Below are positions 38,701-50,951 of a stretch of 64,000 nt of DNA, one piece after another. The stretch's first letter is position 1, and every line of letters starts with the position of its first letter. Under the pieces are notes generated by a model. It was not told where the DNA came from and made no database searches. It saw nothing but the letters and a program-made list of their open reading frames with translations. The position numbers and the translations under genes are program-made. Location: contig NC_043006.1 of NCBI RefSeq assembly GCF_006345805.1, positions 24,738,001 through 24,802,000 of the forward strand, in the 5' to 3' direction. The stretch comes from Octopus sinensis (Eukaryota).

Positions 38701-38832
38701 ACCTGGGAAGGTTTTGGCATTTATAAGCAGCCATCTCTCCCTTTGCCTTGTAAGGATGTAGTCAATTTGGCTGGTATGTTGGCCCGATTGGTAAGTGACT
38801 AGGTGGCTGGTAGGTTTCCTGAAGTTAGCCAC
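35745..38832 (-). mobile_element. Long 5'-truncated RTE-like LINE (partial APE, RT, 3'UTR with tandem repeats, (GAT)n tail)
   Basis: ORFs 37825-38832 and 36353-37840 run continuously into the 3'UTR shared by about nine short copies. Confidence 0.93.
36353..38832 (-). pseudogene. LINE ORF2 (APE C-terminus, RT, PHD-like finger) broken by one 2-bp insertion
   Basis: SQIDYIL and PQHRLVVSDF (APE); QFGFVPGKSTTDAIF, FVDMEKAFDRV, HQGSVLSPLLF, LLYADDLAL (RT); DWC/SSIIVNCYKGKG frameshift at a tgtgt run near 37840. Confidence 0.93.
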
Positions 38833-38861
38833 CTAGTCATATATACGTCATATATATATAG

Positions 38862-38898
<37 letters not shown>

Positions 38899-38904
38899 GG
38901 TGTA

Positions 38905-38948
<44 letters not shown>

Positions 38949-39599
38949 TATATGGATACAGGACGTCACCAAGTGTAAACAACATAAAGGAAAACAGGAC
39001 AAGTAACACAAAGAACAACTCTTCATTAGTTGTCAGCTGTCTCTCTACTCCTCATTTCGAGCACTGAACGACATTATGAGTCTTCGAAGACAGTTGCTCC
39101 CATAACATCTAACATAAAATTTTTGATTTATGGATGTTCAAAGTTGGGAACAAAAACAAACATGGAAGGTCATTAGACCAGAACGAGGGGAAGATAGTGA
39201 ACGCTGGGAGAAATATTTTCTTTGAAAAGAGAAGAGATAGAAGACAGAGAGAAAAGACGTTCAGTCCTTAGAACATCATGTAGGAAAAGAAAGATGGACA
39301 ATGGTCACATGTGAGCAATGAGAGAGAGAAAAAAGAAAGAGGGTAGAGAGAGAGACAGCTAGAAAATGGTAAAGGGGAAAAAAGGGAATTAGAAAAGGAT
39401 GGGGTAGAAAACAGTATAGAGTAGAGTTGCATCAAAAAGGTTAAGATAAACTTACTTGGAAATGGATGCATGGCGTTCATTTAAATAATAATATATATGT
39501 AGAGAGAGAGAGATAGGTTTTAGAGACAGAATCACCCTCAAGCAACTCAATCATCATTGAATGACATTATCCACAATAGGTACATATAGGACTAAATAT

Positions 39600-42500
39600 T
39601 AAAATTATCAAAATTAATACCTTCAATTATTATTTCAAATCATATACCGATATTTTGATTATGTTTCATCAACAACCAACGAATAAAATTTATTTTTATG
39701 TAGTAAATATATAGTTCTTCAAATTTATTCTTCTTCTTTGTAAGAATTCTTCTAATGATATACACAAAGCCATTTCAATACTTGATACTGAACATATATT
39801 CTCACTACATAAATTGGTGACTAACCGATGTGGATCCTGAATTCTACTCTAGAGAATAATTGGTCACCACATAAATTGGTAACCAACCAATGAGAGAATA
39901 ATTTAGTTATATTCTAATACTTTCCATGTCAATTTTCTTCAACTGAATTATCTTCAACTCATACAATGATGATATCTGTTATGAATACAGTAATATCAAT
40001 TTTTGCTGGAGATATCGCTATCTGGTTTGTACAGTTAGAAGCATTTTCTCAGCAAACAAACACAATTCAGACCAACAACAGCTCTACATTTTATTGGGTT
40101 GTCCGGAAAGTTCGTGCTGATTTATAGTAGCTTACCTTTCAACTTATTTTAGAACATGCTTGAGTCCATAAAATAGGATTTCACTACACTTCCATTTAGA
40201 GCATAGTTTAAGCTATCTTTTCGTGGAAGAAGGCTTATGTTCCTATAACCTGTGTTAATTCTGTAACCCTTTAAAATGGAAGATAAGAAAGTTCATTTTT
40301 GGCACTTGATGCTTTTCTTTTACCGTAAAGGGAAACATGCCTTACAAGTAACGAAAGAAATATGCGCAGTTTAACGGTGATGTTTCTTTATCCGAAAGAA
40401 CTGTACGGAAGTGGTTCCGAGCTGGAGATTGTAGCTTTATTGATAAAGAGTGATCAGGCAGATCAAAAATAGATTTGATACGCACATACCATCAGATTCC
40501 TGTAAACCCAGATGATATTCCGAAAATGGCTATTGCAACTCCATTCAGGTCATTTGAATTTCTTACCATGCCCGTTTGGGTTAAGGAACGCCGCCAGTAC
40601 TTTTCAACATTTCATTGATGAAGTAATATGCAGATTAAATTTTGTCTACGCCTATATTTATGATATTCTCATCGCTAGTTCTTCTGAGAAAGAACAGGAG
40701 ATTCATACGAAGCAACTTTTTGAAAGGTTTTCTCAATACAAACTTTATATCAATGCTACCAAATGTATTTTCGGTGTGCCTTTCTCTCATTTTCCTTGAA
40801 CACACCATTGATAAGGATGGAATTAGGCCTTTGCCAGTTCCTCTTCCATTAAGACAGCTCAGACAATTTATTGGATTAGCTAATTTTTATCGACGTTTTA
40901 TACCCCATTGTTCTGAAACTTTATACCCTCTCAACAAATTACTGCGAAATCGCAAGAAGAAAACAGAAAATATTACTTTAACTCCTGCTGAAATACAAGC
41001 TTTCAACAATATTAAACAGAAACTTTCTCGTGTTTCCATGTTAGCTCACCCCATTCCTGATGCCGAAATTTCTCTTGTAGTCGATGTGTCTAAAACTGGT
41101 GTCGGTGAAGTCATTCAACAACTCCACCATGGCAAATGGCAACCTCTGGCATTTTTCTCTAAGCAGTTAAAACCAGCTGAAACTAAATATAGTGCATTCA
41201 GTCATGAACTGTTAGCTATTTACCTCTCACTTCCAACACATTTTGGAAGGGAGAAACTTCCCAATATTTACGGACCATAAGCCCATAAGCCATTATTTTT
41301 CGCTTTACACTGCAAACCAGATAAATTTTCTCCGAGAGACATTCGACATTTGGATTACATTTCACAATTCATGAGTGATATACGATACATTCCAGGCTCT
41401 GAAAACATTGTTGCAGATTCTTTATCCCATTTACCTGTAAACGCATTATTTTCAACTGCAGACATTAACTTGGATGAAATGTCAGATCAACCATCCGTTG
41501 ATTTGAATAATATATAACAAACAGAACTAATTCCTTTTGACCTCCAATTTTTCCCAGTTGCGACATCAAACAAACAGATCCTTTGCAAGTATTCTTCTGA
41601 TAAACCTCACCCTTTAGTTCCCAAAAAGCACTGCCATATCGTTTTCTCAGCACTACACAATATTTCACATCTAGGTATAACAGCAACATTGAAGCTTATT
41701 ACAGTTCATTCCGTTTGATCGAACATGCACCGAGACATAACTAATTGGACTCGTACCTGTGTCAATTGTCCAAAATCTGTGCACTGTTAGGTACTTTTGC
41801 CACTCTAGATGCATGATTCCAGCACATACATGTTGATATAGTAGGACCTTGGCCTGCGAATCTGGGCTACATGTTTTTATTAACTTGAATTGGTCGTTTT
41901 TCACACTGTTATTCCACTCACAGTTATTCCACTCACAGATATCTCTTTTCAAACTGTGGCACAAGCTTTAGTCACAGGATGGATTTCTCATTTTGGAACA
42001 CCTGTAAAAATAACAACAGATCGCAGACGTCAGTTTGAAGCTAAACTTTTCTAGGAACTAAACACATCCATTCCACTAGTTACCACCCAGCTTTGAATGG
42101 TATGATCGAAAGATTTCACTGGCAGCTTAAGGCTGCGTTGTGTGCTTCTGCTGATTCATCTCGATGGATTGAATTTCTTCCTATTGTTCCTTTGGGTCTC
42201 CGCTCTTCTATCAAAGAAGATATTGGATATTCTCCTGCAGAATTACTTTACGGTTCTTCCTTGATGCTGCCTGGTCAGAGGATTGTTCCTGCAATCATGC
42301 AAGATAGCTACACTACAAATTTCATTGAATGCTTGTGTGATTATATATCAAAGTTACCACATATGAACACCAGAAAACAAGACATTAAAACATATTTGCC
42401 TAAGGACTATTCTTCCTGAGCTCATGTTTTTGTCTGCAACGATGCTGTTAAACATCCTTTAACAGCACCATATTCAGGACCCTTTTCTGTGCTTTCTTGT

Positions 42501-43190
42501 ACAGATAAAGTTTTCACTTTAGACATTAATCGTCGTAAAAATACTATTTCTGTTGATAGACTAAAAAAGGGCTCACATTGAAAAAACTATTTCCAACCCC
42601 ACTAAAGACAACACACACACAACATTACAAATGTGTCCTTTACACACAAATTCACAAACTTGGACTAGCAAAAGCGGTAGACATGTGTATTAGCCCCAAA
42701 ATTTAACCAACATTTATTACATTTGAACTGTGATATTGTTCCTATAGTTTGACATTTTATGATGCATACATTTGTTATTTCCATTACTGTGTAACGTTAA
42801 TTCTGCCTAGGGAGTGTGCAGTAACCTGTGGTCTGTAGCAAAAATAGTCGAATGATCTATCTTGCAGAAAGTTTTATAGAGTAATCTCCCTTCAGTAAGT
42901 TTCTCAAAACATCCGCATCATGAGAAGTAATTCTTAATTATTCAAGAAGCTTCGCGTTTCTCTTGGAAGTTTCTAGAAATGTTTAGTGTTCCATTAATAA
43001 AAACTGCTCTTTGTTTCTTAGTTGACTAGACTCTGAGCCATTCATGTCATTGCTATCCCTGTCTATTTTTCTATGCTACTTAGCTGTTATTTCTACATTT
43101 CCGAACCTTCTTGCATAGATTACTTCAACTAGATTATACATTTTGATTATGTTTCATTGATAACCAATGAATAAAATATTTTTTTATGCA
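39600..43190 (+). mobile_element. Degenerate Ty3/Gypsy (CsRn1-like) LTR retrotransposon
   Basis: Diverged direct repeats near 39650-39700 and 43140-43190; tggtgac PBS-like motif at 39815 after CA; gag start (AIWFVQLEAF); RT ([21 protein letters not shown]); RNase H (WQPLAFFSKQLKPAETKYSAF); integrase (NGMIERFHWQLKAAL). Confidence 0.85.
40094..40462 (+). mobile_element. Mariner 5' fragment inside the Gypsy element
   Basis: TA followed by ttgggttgtccggaaag TIR-like start; ATG at 40276: MEDKKVHFWHLMLFFYRKGK..SERTVRKWF. Confidence 0.8.
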
Positions 43191-43835
43191 CTCTCAGCCT
43201 TCAATTGATTCAAAATGAGCTGAAAAGAAACCTGAATTTATTACATGTTACAACAAAACAAAAAGAGGAGTAAGTACCCTAGATAAGATGGTAAGGACAT
43301 ACACTTGCAAAAGAATGACTCTAAAGATGGCCTATGGTTATATTCTACAACATGATTGATATAAGTGCAGTGAATGCTTTCCTTGTTGCTAAACAGCTTC
43401 ACTTGCAGAGTTTCAAGGATAAAAGAAGACAGTGCCTAATTCAGTTAGGAAAGGAACTTGCTGGAGTTAATGCTCAACAAGAATATGACAAATCTTCTAG
43501 TTCTGCTAACATTTCTCGACCAAACAAGAAAAGAAGACGATCTTCAACCTCTTTTGAGATTCCTCAGCCAAAGAAAAAAGGAAAATGTTCTTTGTGTGGC
43601 CCCCCAAGAGATAGAACTCATACTACATGTAAGAATTGTATATCCATGTTTGCCAAGAACATTCCAATGTTGTCTGCATTCACTGCCATGAAGAACTGTA
43701 ATTCTGTACTTTTGTAATTTTTAAAATTTATAATATATTCACTAAGCTGTATTTTTTAATAAAAATTTGTGAGAAACAGTAATTCTTTATTCACCTGATA
43801 GCATCTATTATGTGGCTAAGAAATAGTGGTAGTTT

Positions 43836-44200
43836 ACGGAGATGTACTTGCATAGCAAGTGATTTGATCTGAAATCGTGTGCTGAAACGAAAACAATTGC
43901 AGCGTGGAAGGTGTTTATAAGCCATTTAAGAAACACACAAAAGCCGTTCGATTCACTTCAACATTTAAGTTTAATTTGTCAAAATATTTTCGTCGCTTTA
44001 AGACCGCGACCTGTCTTAAAGCGACGAAAATATTTTGTTCACTGACAAAAATCTGAGATGCAGCACGGATTTTTGTCAGTGAACAGGTCGCGGTCTTAAA
44101 GCCACGAAAATATTTTGACAAATTAAACTTAAATGTTGAAGTGAATCGAACGGCTTTTGTGTGTTTCTTAAATGGCTTACAAACACCTTTCACGCTGCAA
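43836..44200. mobile_element. Foldback non-coding element with inverted hammerhead-variant arms and a 10-11-bp TSD
   Basis: Arms 43897-44055 and 44066-44200 are near-perfect inverted repeats; gtggtagttt at 43826-43835 and 44201-44210. Confidence 0.8.
44072..44122 (+). ncRNA. Hammerhead-like motif with G3:C8 covariation
   Basis: TTTGTCA-GTGAACA-G-GTCGC-ggtcttaaa-GC(C/G)AC-GAA-AATATT-T-TGACAAA. Confidence 0.6.
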
Positions 44201-44329
44201 GTGGTAGTTTAATTGAAGGAAAAATATTGGGTCCATTGGACCCTGCTAATAATTAGTGACATACATTTTCTCTAGTAGACCAAAGGTTAATGTTTCTATA
44301 CACAACGTTTGTTGTTGCTAGTTAAAATA

Positions 44330-44690
44330 ATAATAATAATGAAATTATTGTATACAGTGCTCAGGTGCACCACAACTTGTCAAAAGTGCGTATAAAGTAT
44401 ATGCAGTAATGTACAAATGTCTGAGAAGTGAACAGTGAATGAGTCAGATACATGCTTGCGTGTGTATGGAGGGGAGAAAATGAGGTGTAGTGTTGGCGAA
44501 TCTCAGGAAGCATGGAAGTTTTGAAGGATGCAGTGCTCCGACAACTAACAACTGATGCCGGCAGTTTGTTCTATGCTTCAGCAACTCTTAGCGTGAAAAA
44601 ATGTTTCCGAAAGTCATGGGAGCTGTGTTGTTTTCTGACTTTGTAAACATGTCCACGGGTGTTAGACAGGTGGAGTTTGAAATAAAGGAA
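44330..44690 (-). mobile_element. CR1/L2-type LINE 3' end
   Basis: NTRGHVYKVRKQHSSHDFRKHFFTLRVAEA.NKLP; (ATT)n tail. Confidence 0.8.
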
Positions 44691-44907
44691 TAAGATGCAC
44701 AAGTGGTAGGAGGAGAGGAGAGAAAGAAAAATATTTGAAACAGAGTTCATGGACAGTAACAAAGGGGAAAAGAAAAAGAAAAGAAATAAGATACATTGAG
44801 AACCTTCAGTGTGTATACTCATGCCCTTATACTCACACATAAATAGACATTCAAAAACATACATAAATACATACATATACATAGTACACGCATGTATATA
44901 CGCATGC

Positions 44908-44938
<31 letters not shown>

Positions 44939-45049
44939 TATATACATAAACATACACAATACATATATACGCACGCACACACACACATATATGTGTATTC
45001 ATAACAGTGTCTGGTGCATTGAATATTAAAAATAAAAAGATCTTTTATT

Positions 45050-45200
45050 TTTGTTTCAATATTTAGAAAATTCTTCCATAACTTTAACCTTGACTTAACT
45101 TTCAAACAAGGAACTAAAATCGTCAATTTCTTAGATGTCACGTTAAACCTTAAATCTTGATAGAATACTGGGTTAACATAAAGATCTTCACCCGTTAACA
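45050..45200 (+). pseudogene. PLE RT fragment
   Basis: FFHNFNLDLTFKQGTKIVNFLDVTLNL. Confidence 0.6.
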
Positions 45201-45260
45201 AAAACAGAAAAAAAAAAAACGGTAAAATTTTATCGTGCGGGTGCTACTCGAAAATTTTAA

Positions 45261-45510
45261 CCTTTCAAACGGCATAAATTATGATTCTAAAGAAATTTGT
45301 GGGGAAAATCTTTTCCAACGGGGTGAGGAGAGGACTTCAGATAAATTCACCAGATCCGAGCTTTTCCCTCGTAACTTTTAGGAAAACGACGGGGGTTTTT
45401 TTCCGTGAAATTTTATAGAAATACCTTTCAAATGGCATATATTACGTTTATAAAGAAATTTGTGGGAGGAAATCTTTTCCAAGAGGGTGGGGAGAGGACT
45501 TCGGAAAATT
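45261..45510. repeat. Two diverged ~163-bp-spaced direct repeats
   Basis: cctttcaaa..aaagaaatttgtggg..aaatcttttccaa..gagaggacttc at 45261 and 45424. Confidence 0.75.
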
Positions 45511-46047
45511 CACAAGCTCCGAATTTTGCGGGTCAAGATGTAGGGGTTAATGTTTAGGTTAGAAAAGGTTATTTATTTACCGTTGCATTGTATATACCCA
45601 AAACCACGACGGGTTGGAATGTATAATTAGTAAATGGAAAAGCATGCAAGGTAACAAGACAAGTTAATTTCGTTCTGTATGTGTGCACACGTTCTCGTAG
45701 TTAGTAACCCACAGATAAAGATAGAATGATGTAAGAGAAAAGAAATTGAGCTAGTAAAAGGGAGTCGAGGCATGTTGTGTCTCATAACCTTTCTCCCTCT
45801 GTCCCTAATGGTCGCTGTCACTGCGTTTTCACCAACTTGCTTCTCCAACAATAGAATTCGTTGGAGGTCTGTGATATCTATTCTCGCTATTGGTGAAATA
45901 GAAGAGGTTAAGAGGGTCAAGTGGTGAAGACATTAATTTGCTCAACTAAGGCATCTGGCAAATTTAACTACTGTCAGAGAAAAACTATTGTTTTACCGTG
46001 AGAAAAGCGCTGTTGAACTGTTAACTGAAATTTGGTTATCTTAAGTG

Positions 46048-46402
46048 TTAAGATGACATTTTGCAGAAATACATTTTATAGAGTGTGAATTACATTGAAA
46101 AATCAAAGAACTTTGAAAACATAATAATAAACAAAGTGGTAACGATATCTGGACAAAATAAAACAAAAAAAACATGTTAGTGTTTGTGTGAAACAAGTCA
46201 AGGTGTATTAAAACAATATATTTTACATACCTACTAAAATGACTGGATATATATAGATCCCAGGATATATAAGACCTAAGCAGCAAAACAGTTTTGTCCT
46301 TTAGCAAATTTTCGCGCCGAAATGTTAAGCGAGTAACAAGTACTCTTCGATTTCTTGTAGAGAGAGAGCAATGAGTAAAGGTGTGTTTTGCCATTTATGT
46401 AT
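46048..46402. repeat. Left ~355-bp inverted repeat (pairs with 51178-51559)
   Basis: Reverse-complement match throughout; homology stops at TTAA on the outer side. Confidence 0.92.
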
Positions 46403-46449
46403 ATATATATATATATATTTTGTCATTTATGCATATATATATTTTATTA

Positions 46450-47170
46450 TTTTTTTTGGCCTGTACAACATAAATTTTGAAATGCAGATTTTTTTGAAGA
46501 TTCGGAATCTCTGCTCTCGATATAGTTGTGTTCATGTAAAATAAGACCAAAAAAAATATCCGAAATGGAGTGCGTTCCATGATCTTTACCTCCACCGATT
46601 TGTACATACCCCGGTGACCGATCTATGAAATTTGGGGAATGATTTACCGTATGGTGAATGTAACAGAGTATGTGGAGATTACAATAGCTTGCCAAATTTT
46701 CATTGTCTGATAACATTCTCCAACGTCTGTACTTCTATCGGGTACACGGTAAAGAAATCCTTTTCTGGCTATGGTGTCATAACATCCAACAACCCAAGTT
46801 TTGCGATACATTCTTCCTACATTGTTCTTGCTATTGAAGAACAAGCTTTCATCGATCTCTACTATATGATCTGGACCACCAAAGGGAGTTTTGTCCTGCA
46901 GCAGTTTTTCCGAACAAACATCACAGAACTGGTACCACTGAACGGCAGTTTTTATATCAATGCAATTCATACTTGCTGATATCGTCACAGGCAACTTGAA
47001 AATAAAATAAAACACTAAATGAAAAATTACATACGTATAATAGGCAGCTTAGAGTTTTCTGTAAATGTACCTTTCCTGATGGAAAGAGTTTTTTTTTTTT
47101 ACATTTAGCGCACTTTCTATTGATAAACCCGTCAATAGAACGACTAGAATTTTGAAAATTCATCGAATGT
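46450..47170 (-). pseudogene. Merlin/ISXO2-type (IS1595 family-related) transposase remnant A
   Basis: KCAKC..SIRKGTFTENSKL; GGPDHIVEIDESLF; KTWVVGCYDT..FLYRVPDRS; VNHSPNFIDR. Confidence 0.8.
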
Positions 47171-48374
47171 CTGCAAACACACCTTTTTTCATTAGCAATA
47201 TGTTTTTTCTTCAGATAACCTATAATTGTTCTCTGGTGCGAAGTACAGTAAAAGTTCCAATCTGGGTGTACACAATGTAAAATGAATTTTAAAAAATAGC
47301 AACAGCTGCTTCTTTTAAAGGATACAAATATTGTGAAGATGATGATGATGATTGTTGCTGATGGGATGGTTGTGGTAGCTTCTTGATTTCAATTAGAGTT
47401 TACGGAAATAATGTATGAACTTGTGCAATGTTAATCCTTCGAATTTATTTTTAATTGTGATAATGAAACCATGAATTCAGTCCTTACCTTACCGCCAAAA
47501 TTAATTTATCTTGTAAAAGAATCCCCCCCACACACACACATACACATCCACACCTATACAATCAGAAGCATAGCAACAGCTGCTTCTTGTTGTGAAGAAG
47601 ATGATGATAGTTGCTAATAGGATAGTTGTCACACACACACACACACACACACACCACACACACACACACACACATCTACACACACGCACGTAGATAGACT
47701 TAGATGAAGTCCCATTTTGGAAGTATGCTAAAGTTTTTAGTAAACGTATGACGGAGAATTATTCAATATCGTGTTTGCTTCGACGAGAATCACTTAACTT
47801 TAAAGCAAAAAAAAAAAAACAATACCGATGTCAGCAGGTATGTATAACATGCTGTTTCACTTGTTTTAGTCGTTTTTTTTGTGAGCTGTAGAGACTGTTG
47901 CGCTCGTGCACCCATTATTGTTGAGTAGGGAGGGGTGCGTCGATCAGTTTTGGAGTTTTTCAGGATGCATATGTTCTTTATGCATTCCAAAATCGAGTTG
48001 TCGATTTTCATGTATGGAGTAGCAAAAGATTCAGTACTATTTCCACTAATAACTAAACTTTCATTGACATATTTGAATTACAAAAATTTAGAGGTTACGT
48101 ATGTATGTATGTATAACTATATATATATATCGATAAATGTATGTGTGTATATATATATATATATGCATACATAATACATATGTACATATATATATAGATA
48201 TATAAACGTAGATGTATATATATATATACACACATATGTATATATACACACATATGTATATATACATACATTTATATACGTATTATATATACATCGATAT
48301 ATATATAAACACATACATATATAAACACATCTATATATGTATTATATATAGATACACACACGTTTATATATACA

Positions 48375-48427
<53 letters not shown>

Positions 48428-48464
48428 TATATATATATACATACATACATTCATATATACATGC

Positions 48465-48832
48465 TTATAGGCGCAGGAGTGGCTGTGTGGTAAGTAATTT
48501 GCTTACCAACCACATGGCATCTTGGGCAAGTGTCTTCTACTATAGCCTCGGGACGACCAAAGCCTTGTGAATGGATTTGGTAGACTGAAACTGAAAGAAG
48601 TCCGTCGTATACATGTATATACACGTGTGTGTCTGTGTTTGTCTCCCTAGCATTGCTTGACAACCGATGCTGGTGTATTTATGTCCCCGTCACTTAGCAG
48701 TTCAGCAAAAGAGAGCAATATAATAAGTACTAGGCTTACAAAGAATAAGTCTCGGGGTCAATTTGCTCGACTAAAGGCGGTGCTCCAGCATGGCCGCAGT
48801 CAAATGACTAAAACAAGTAAAAGAGTAAAGAG
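48465..48832 (+). mobile_element. SINE family A (B-box region deleted)
   Basis: aggcgcaggagtggctgtgtgg head to aagagt tail. Confidence 0.85.
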
Positions 48833-48835
48833 AGT

Positions 48836-49090
48836 ATGCTTAGGGTGTGGTAATAATTATATTGGCCAAACAGGAATATCACTCCGTCGAAGAACGACTC
48901 TCCACAAAGAACAAATCCATCACCCACAATACAGACAGATACAGATCAGTGAATACATAGAAAGGTATGCTAGGAATCTTAATCCTAATTTTCCCCTTCT
49001 ATCAATGTTCACAGAACACCTCAGTACAACAAAGAATGAATAAAGAGGCAACTTTCATCAATAAATATATTCCACAACTCAATATGAATA
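48836..49090 (+). pseudogene. PLE GIY-YIG endonuclease C-half (second PLE family)
   Basis: CLGCGNNYIGQTGISLRRRTTLHKEQIHHPQYRQI. Confidence 0.75.
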
Positions 49091-49600
49091 CATAACATAA
49101 TACAGAACACTACTAACCTTTCAATTAATACCACTAACCCCCATACATCCCATACACTATTCACATTACAGATCTATATCAACCCTAATGGCTCCAAATC
49201 CAGAACTACTTACCCCCTTACTGATATTCTTTTTACTCAGGGACTAGTAGACCTGACACCGTTCAGTAATCGGCGTGCATTCAAAGCAATGATTAATAAT
49301 TTTTCGAAACCTGTATGCTTTTAAATCACATTAACAATTCACAATAATGACTTTTATTACTTTTATTCCTACCTCGGTTCATCTAATTGCATATATCTAT
49401 TGTTACTTTTCCAATGTGCATTTTCACTTTTTTTCTTCATACTTTTCCCTTACATTTCCACGTGTAGTTTCTATTTTCTTTTTGTAACACATTTCTATTA
49501 TACATTCACTTATACATGTATGTATGTATATATGTGTGTATGTATGTATGTATATGTGTGTCACTGAAGCCATTCATACATACATAGATAATCTCTTTCT

Positions 49601-49634
<34 letters not shown>

Positions 49635-49955
49635 TACACCCACCAGCACTATTGCTCTCTCTGTCTCTTCACGCACACTAACAAAAGAACTTCACATACA
49701 CACCACACTTTCTATCTCGCATACCCCATCAAACACACACGCCCTCTGCACGACAACTTCAAGAGAACTTTCCTGATCCAATCGCATTCTCTGTTTCTTG
49801 CTTTTACACCGACTTGAGAACATCCCCTTTCCCTCCACCCCACATATGTAAAAAAAAATTTTTTTTAACGGAAACCGACGATCTTCTTCAAAGACAAACA
49901 AATACACGTGCTTTTAAGAAGTAGTAAACACGGTTCTTATATCCAAAGATCACCC

Positions 49956-50951
49956 ATGGCTCTATGCAACTGTTGCGATATTACTCTATATGAAGGAGTT
50001 CCCCGTTTGCACGGTAAAAATAATACTGCCATTACATTTTTCATGGAACACGATATCCTGCCGTTTACCCACAATTGTTCGACATGATATTTTCCATGTA
50101 TTTTGCGCGAGGAAATGAACATGTGGCGTTGCTGTAGGATGGTACGACGACGTCGTCAATCCAGAAGGGAGTGTGGATATTCTGAATCTTTATTGTAGAA
50201 TTCCTTTCTGGAAAACACCCATGTTCCGCCTTGGGAAATATTGCTTTTCGTAAATTACTTCCTCAGCATAGCTTGGTCGCACAGATTAATCGAGGAAAAT
50301 CTCAGATTCTCCCGTAAAACATCTGTAGATTGGCGGTCTTTCTGTGCTGAGGTCTGCCAGTTTTGGGCAGAAAACAACCAAAATATGATTGGAGGAGATG
50401 GGGTTGAAATTGAGATCGATGAAAGGGTTCTAGTCCATCGAAAATATCAACGCGGCAGAATAATCAAAACGGTTTGGCTTTTTGGTGGACTGGAACGCCT
50501 GACGAAGAGATCATTTACGGTCCCACTTTTGACCGAATGCGACGAGGGCAACGGAAGGGATGCTGACACCCTTGTTCCTATCATTAGACGCTACGTCAGG
50601 CCGCGATCAATAATCTATAGTGACTGTTGGCATGCGTATAGTTACTTGAGGAGCATGGGCTATACACACTATCAGGTTAATCACTCTAAACACTTTGTGG
50701 ATCCCCATAACCCAGCTATTCACACTCAGAATATTGAGCGTTTATGGAAAAGCCTGAAAAAGTGCATTGTTCGTCCCGAAATGAGACCGAAGTATCACAA
50801 ACAATATGTCGCTAGGTTACTTTTTATACGGGCCAACTCAGCGACGCTGGAAAACGCCCGTGTTCCTGAGGTCTTGGAAGAATTGGTTTTTGATGTTCAA
50901 TCACTCTTAACTTTGTCTATCATGAAACTATATTCAACACCATATTTATGA
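49956..50951 (+). pseudogene. Merlin/ISXO2-type transposase B, one frame with two internal stops
   Basis: Single frame from ATG 49956 (hand-translated; TGA near 50085, TAG near 50196); IGGDGVEIEIDE, RKYQRGR, WLFGGLER, IIYSDCWHAY, VNHSKHFVDP, HTQNIERLWKSLK. Confidence 0.88.

Larger units (their letters stand above)
43225..44286 (+). mobile_element. piggyBac transposase C-terminus and right end
   Basis: KKPEFITCYNKTKRGVSTLDKMVRTYTCKR..RWPMVIFYNMIDISAVNAF; Cys-rich C-terminus; gggtccattggaccc subterminal palindrome; ends ..ccaaagg followed by TTAA (44287-44290). Confidence 0.85.

Noticed and set aside
39050-39110. gagca..tgctc hairpin next to GAAA/CTGAA
   Set aside because: Core elements cannot be placed in hammerhead order on either strand.
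43915-44193. 92-aa ORF
   Set aside because: Artefact of the foldback palindrome; no protein features.
49225-49275. Degenerate hammerhead after the GIY-YIG remnant (ttactga..tcagtaa)
   Set aside because: Needs at least four changes to restore the core.
46450-50951. Bacterial IS1595/ISXO2 contamination
   Set aside because: Embedded among eukaryotic SINEs and microsatellites and decayed; eukaryotic Merlin is the simpler explanation.
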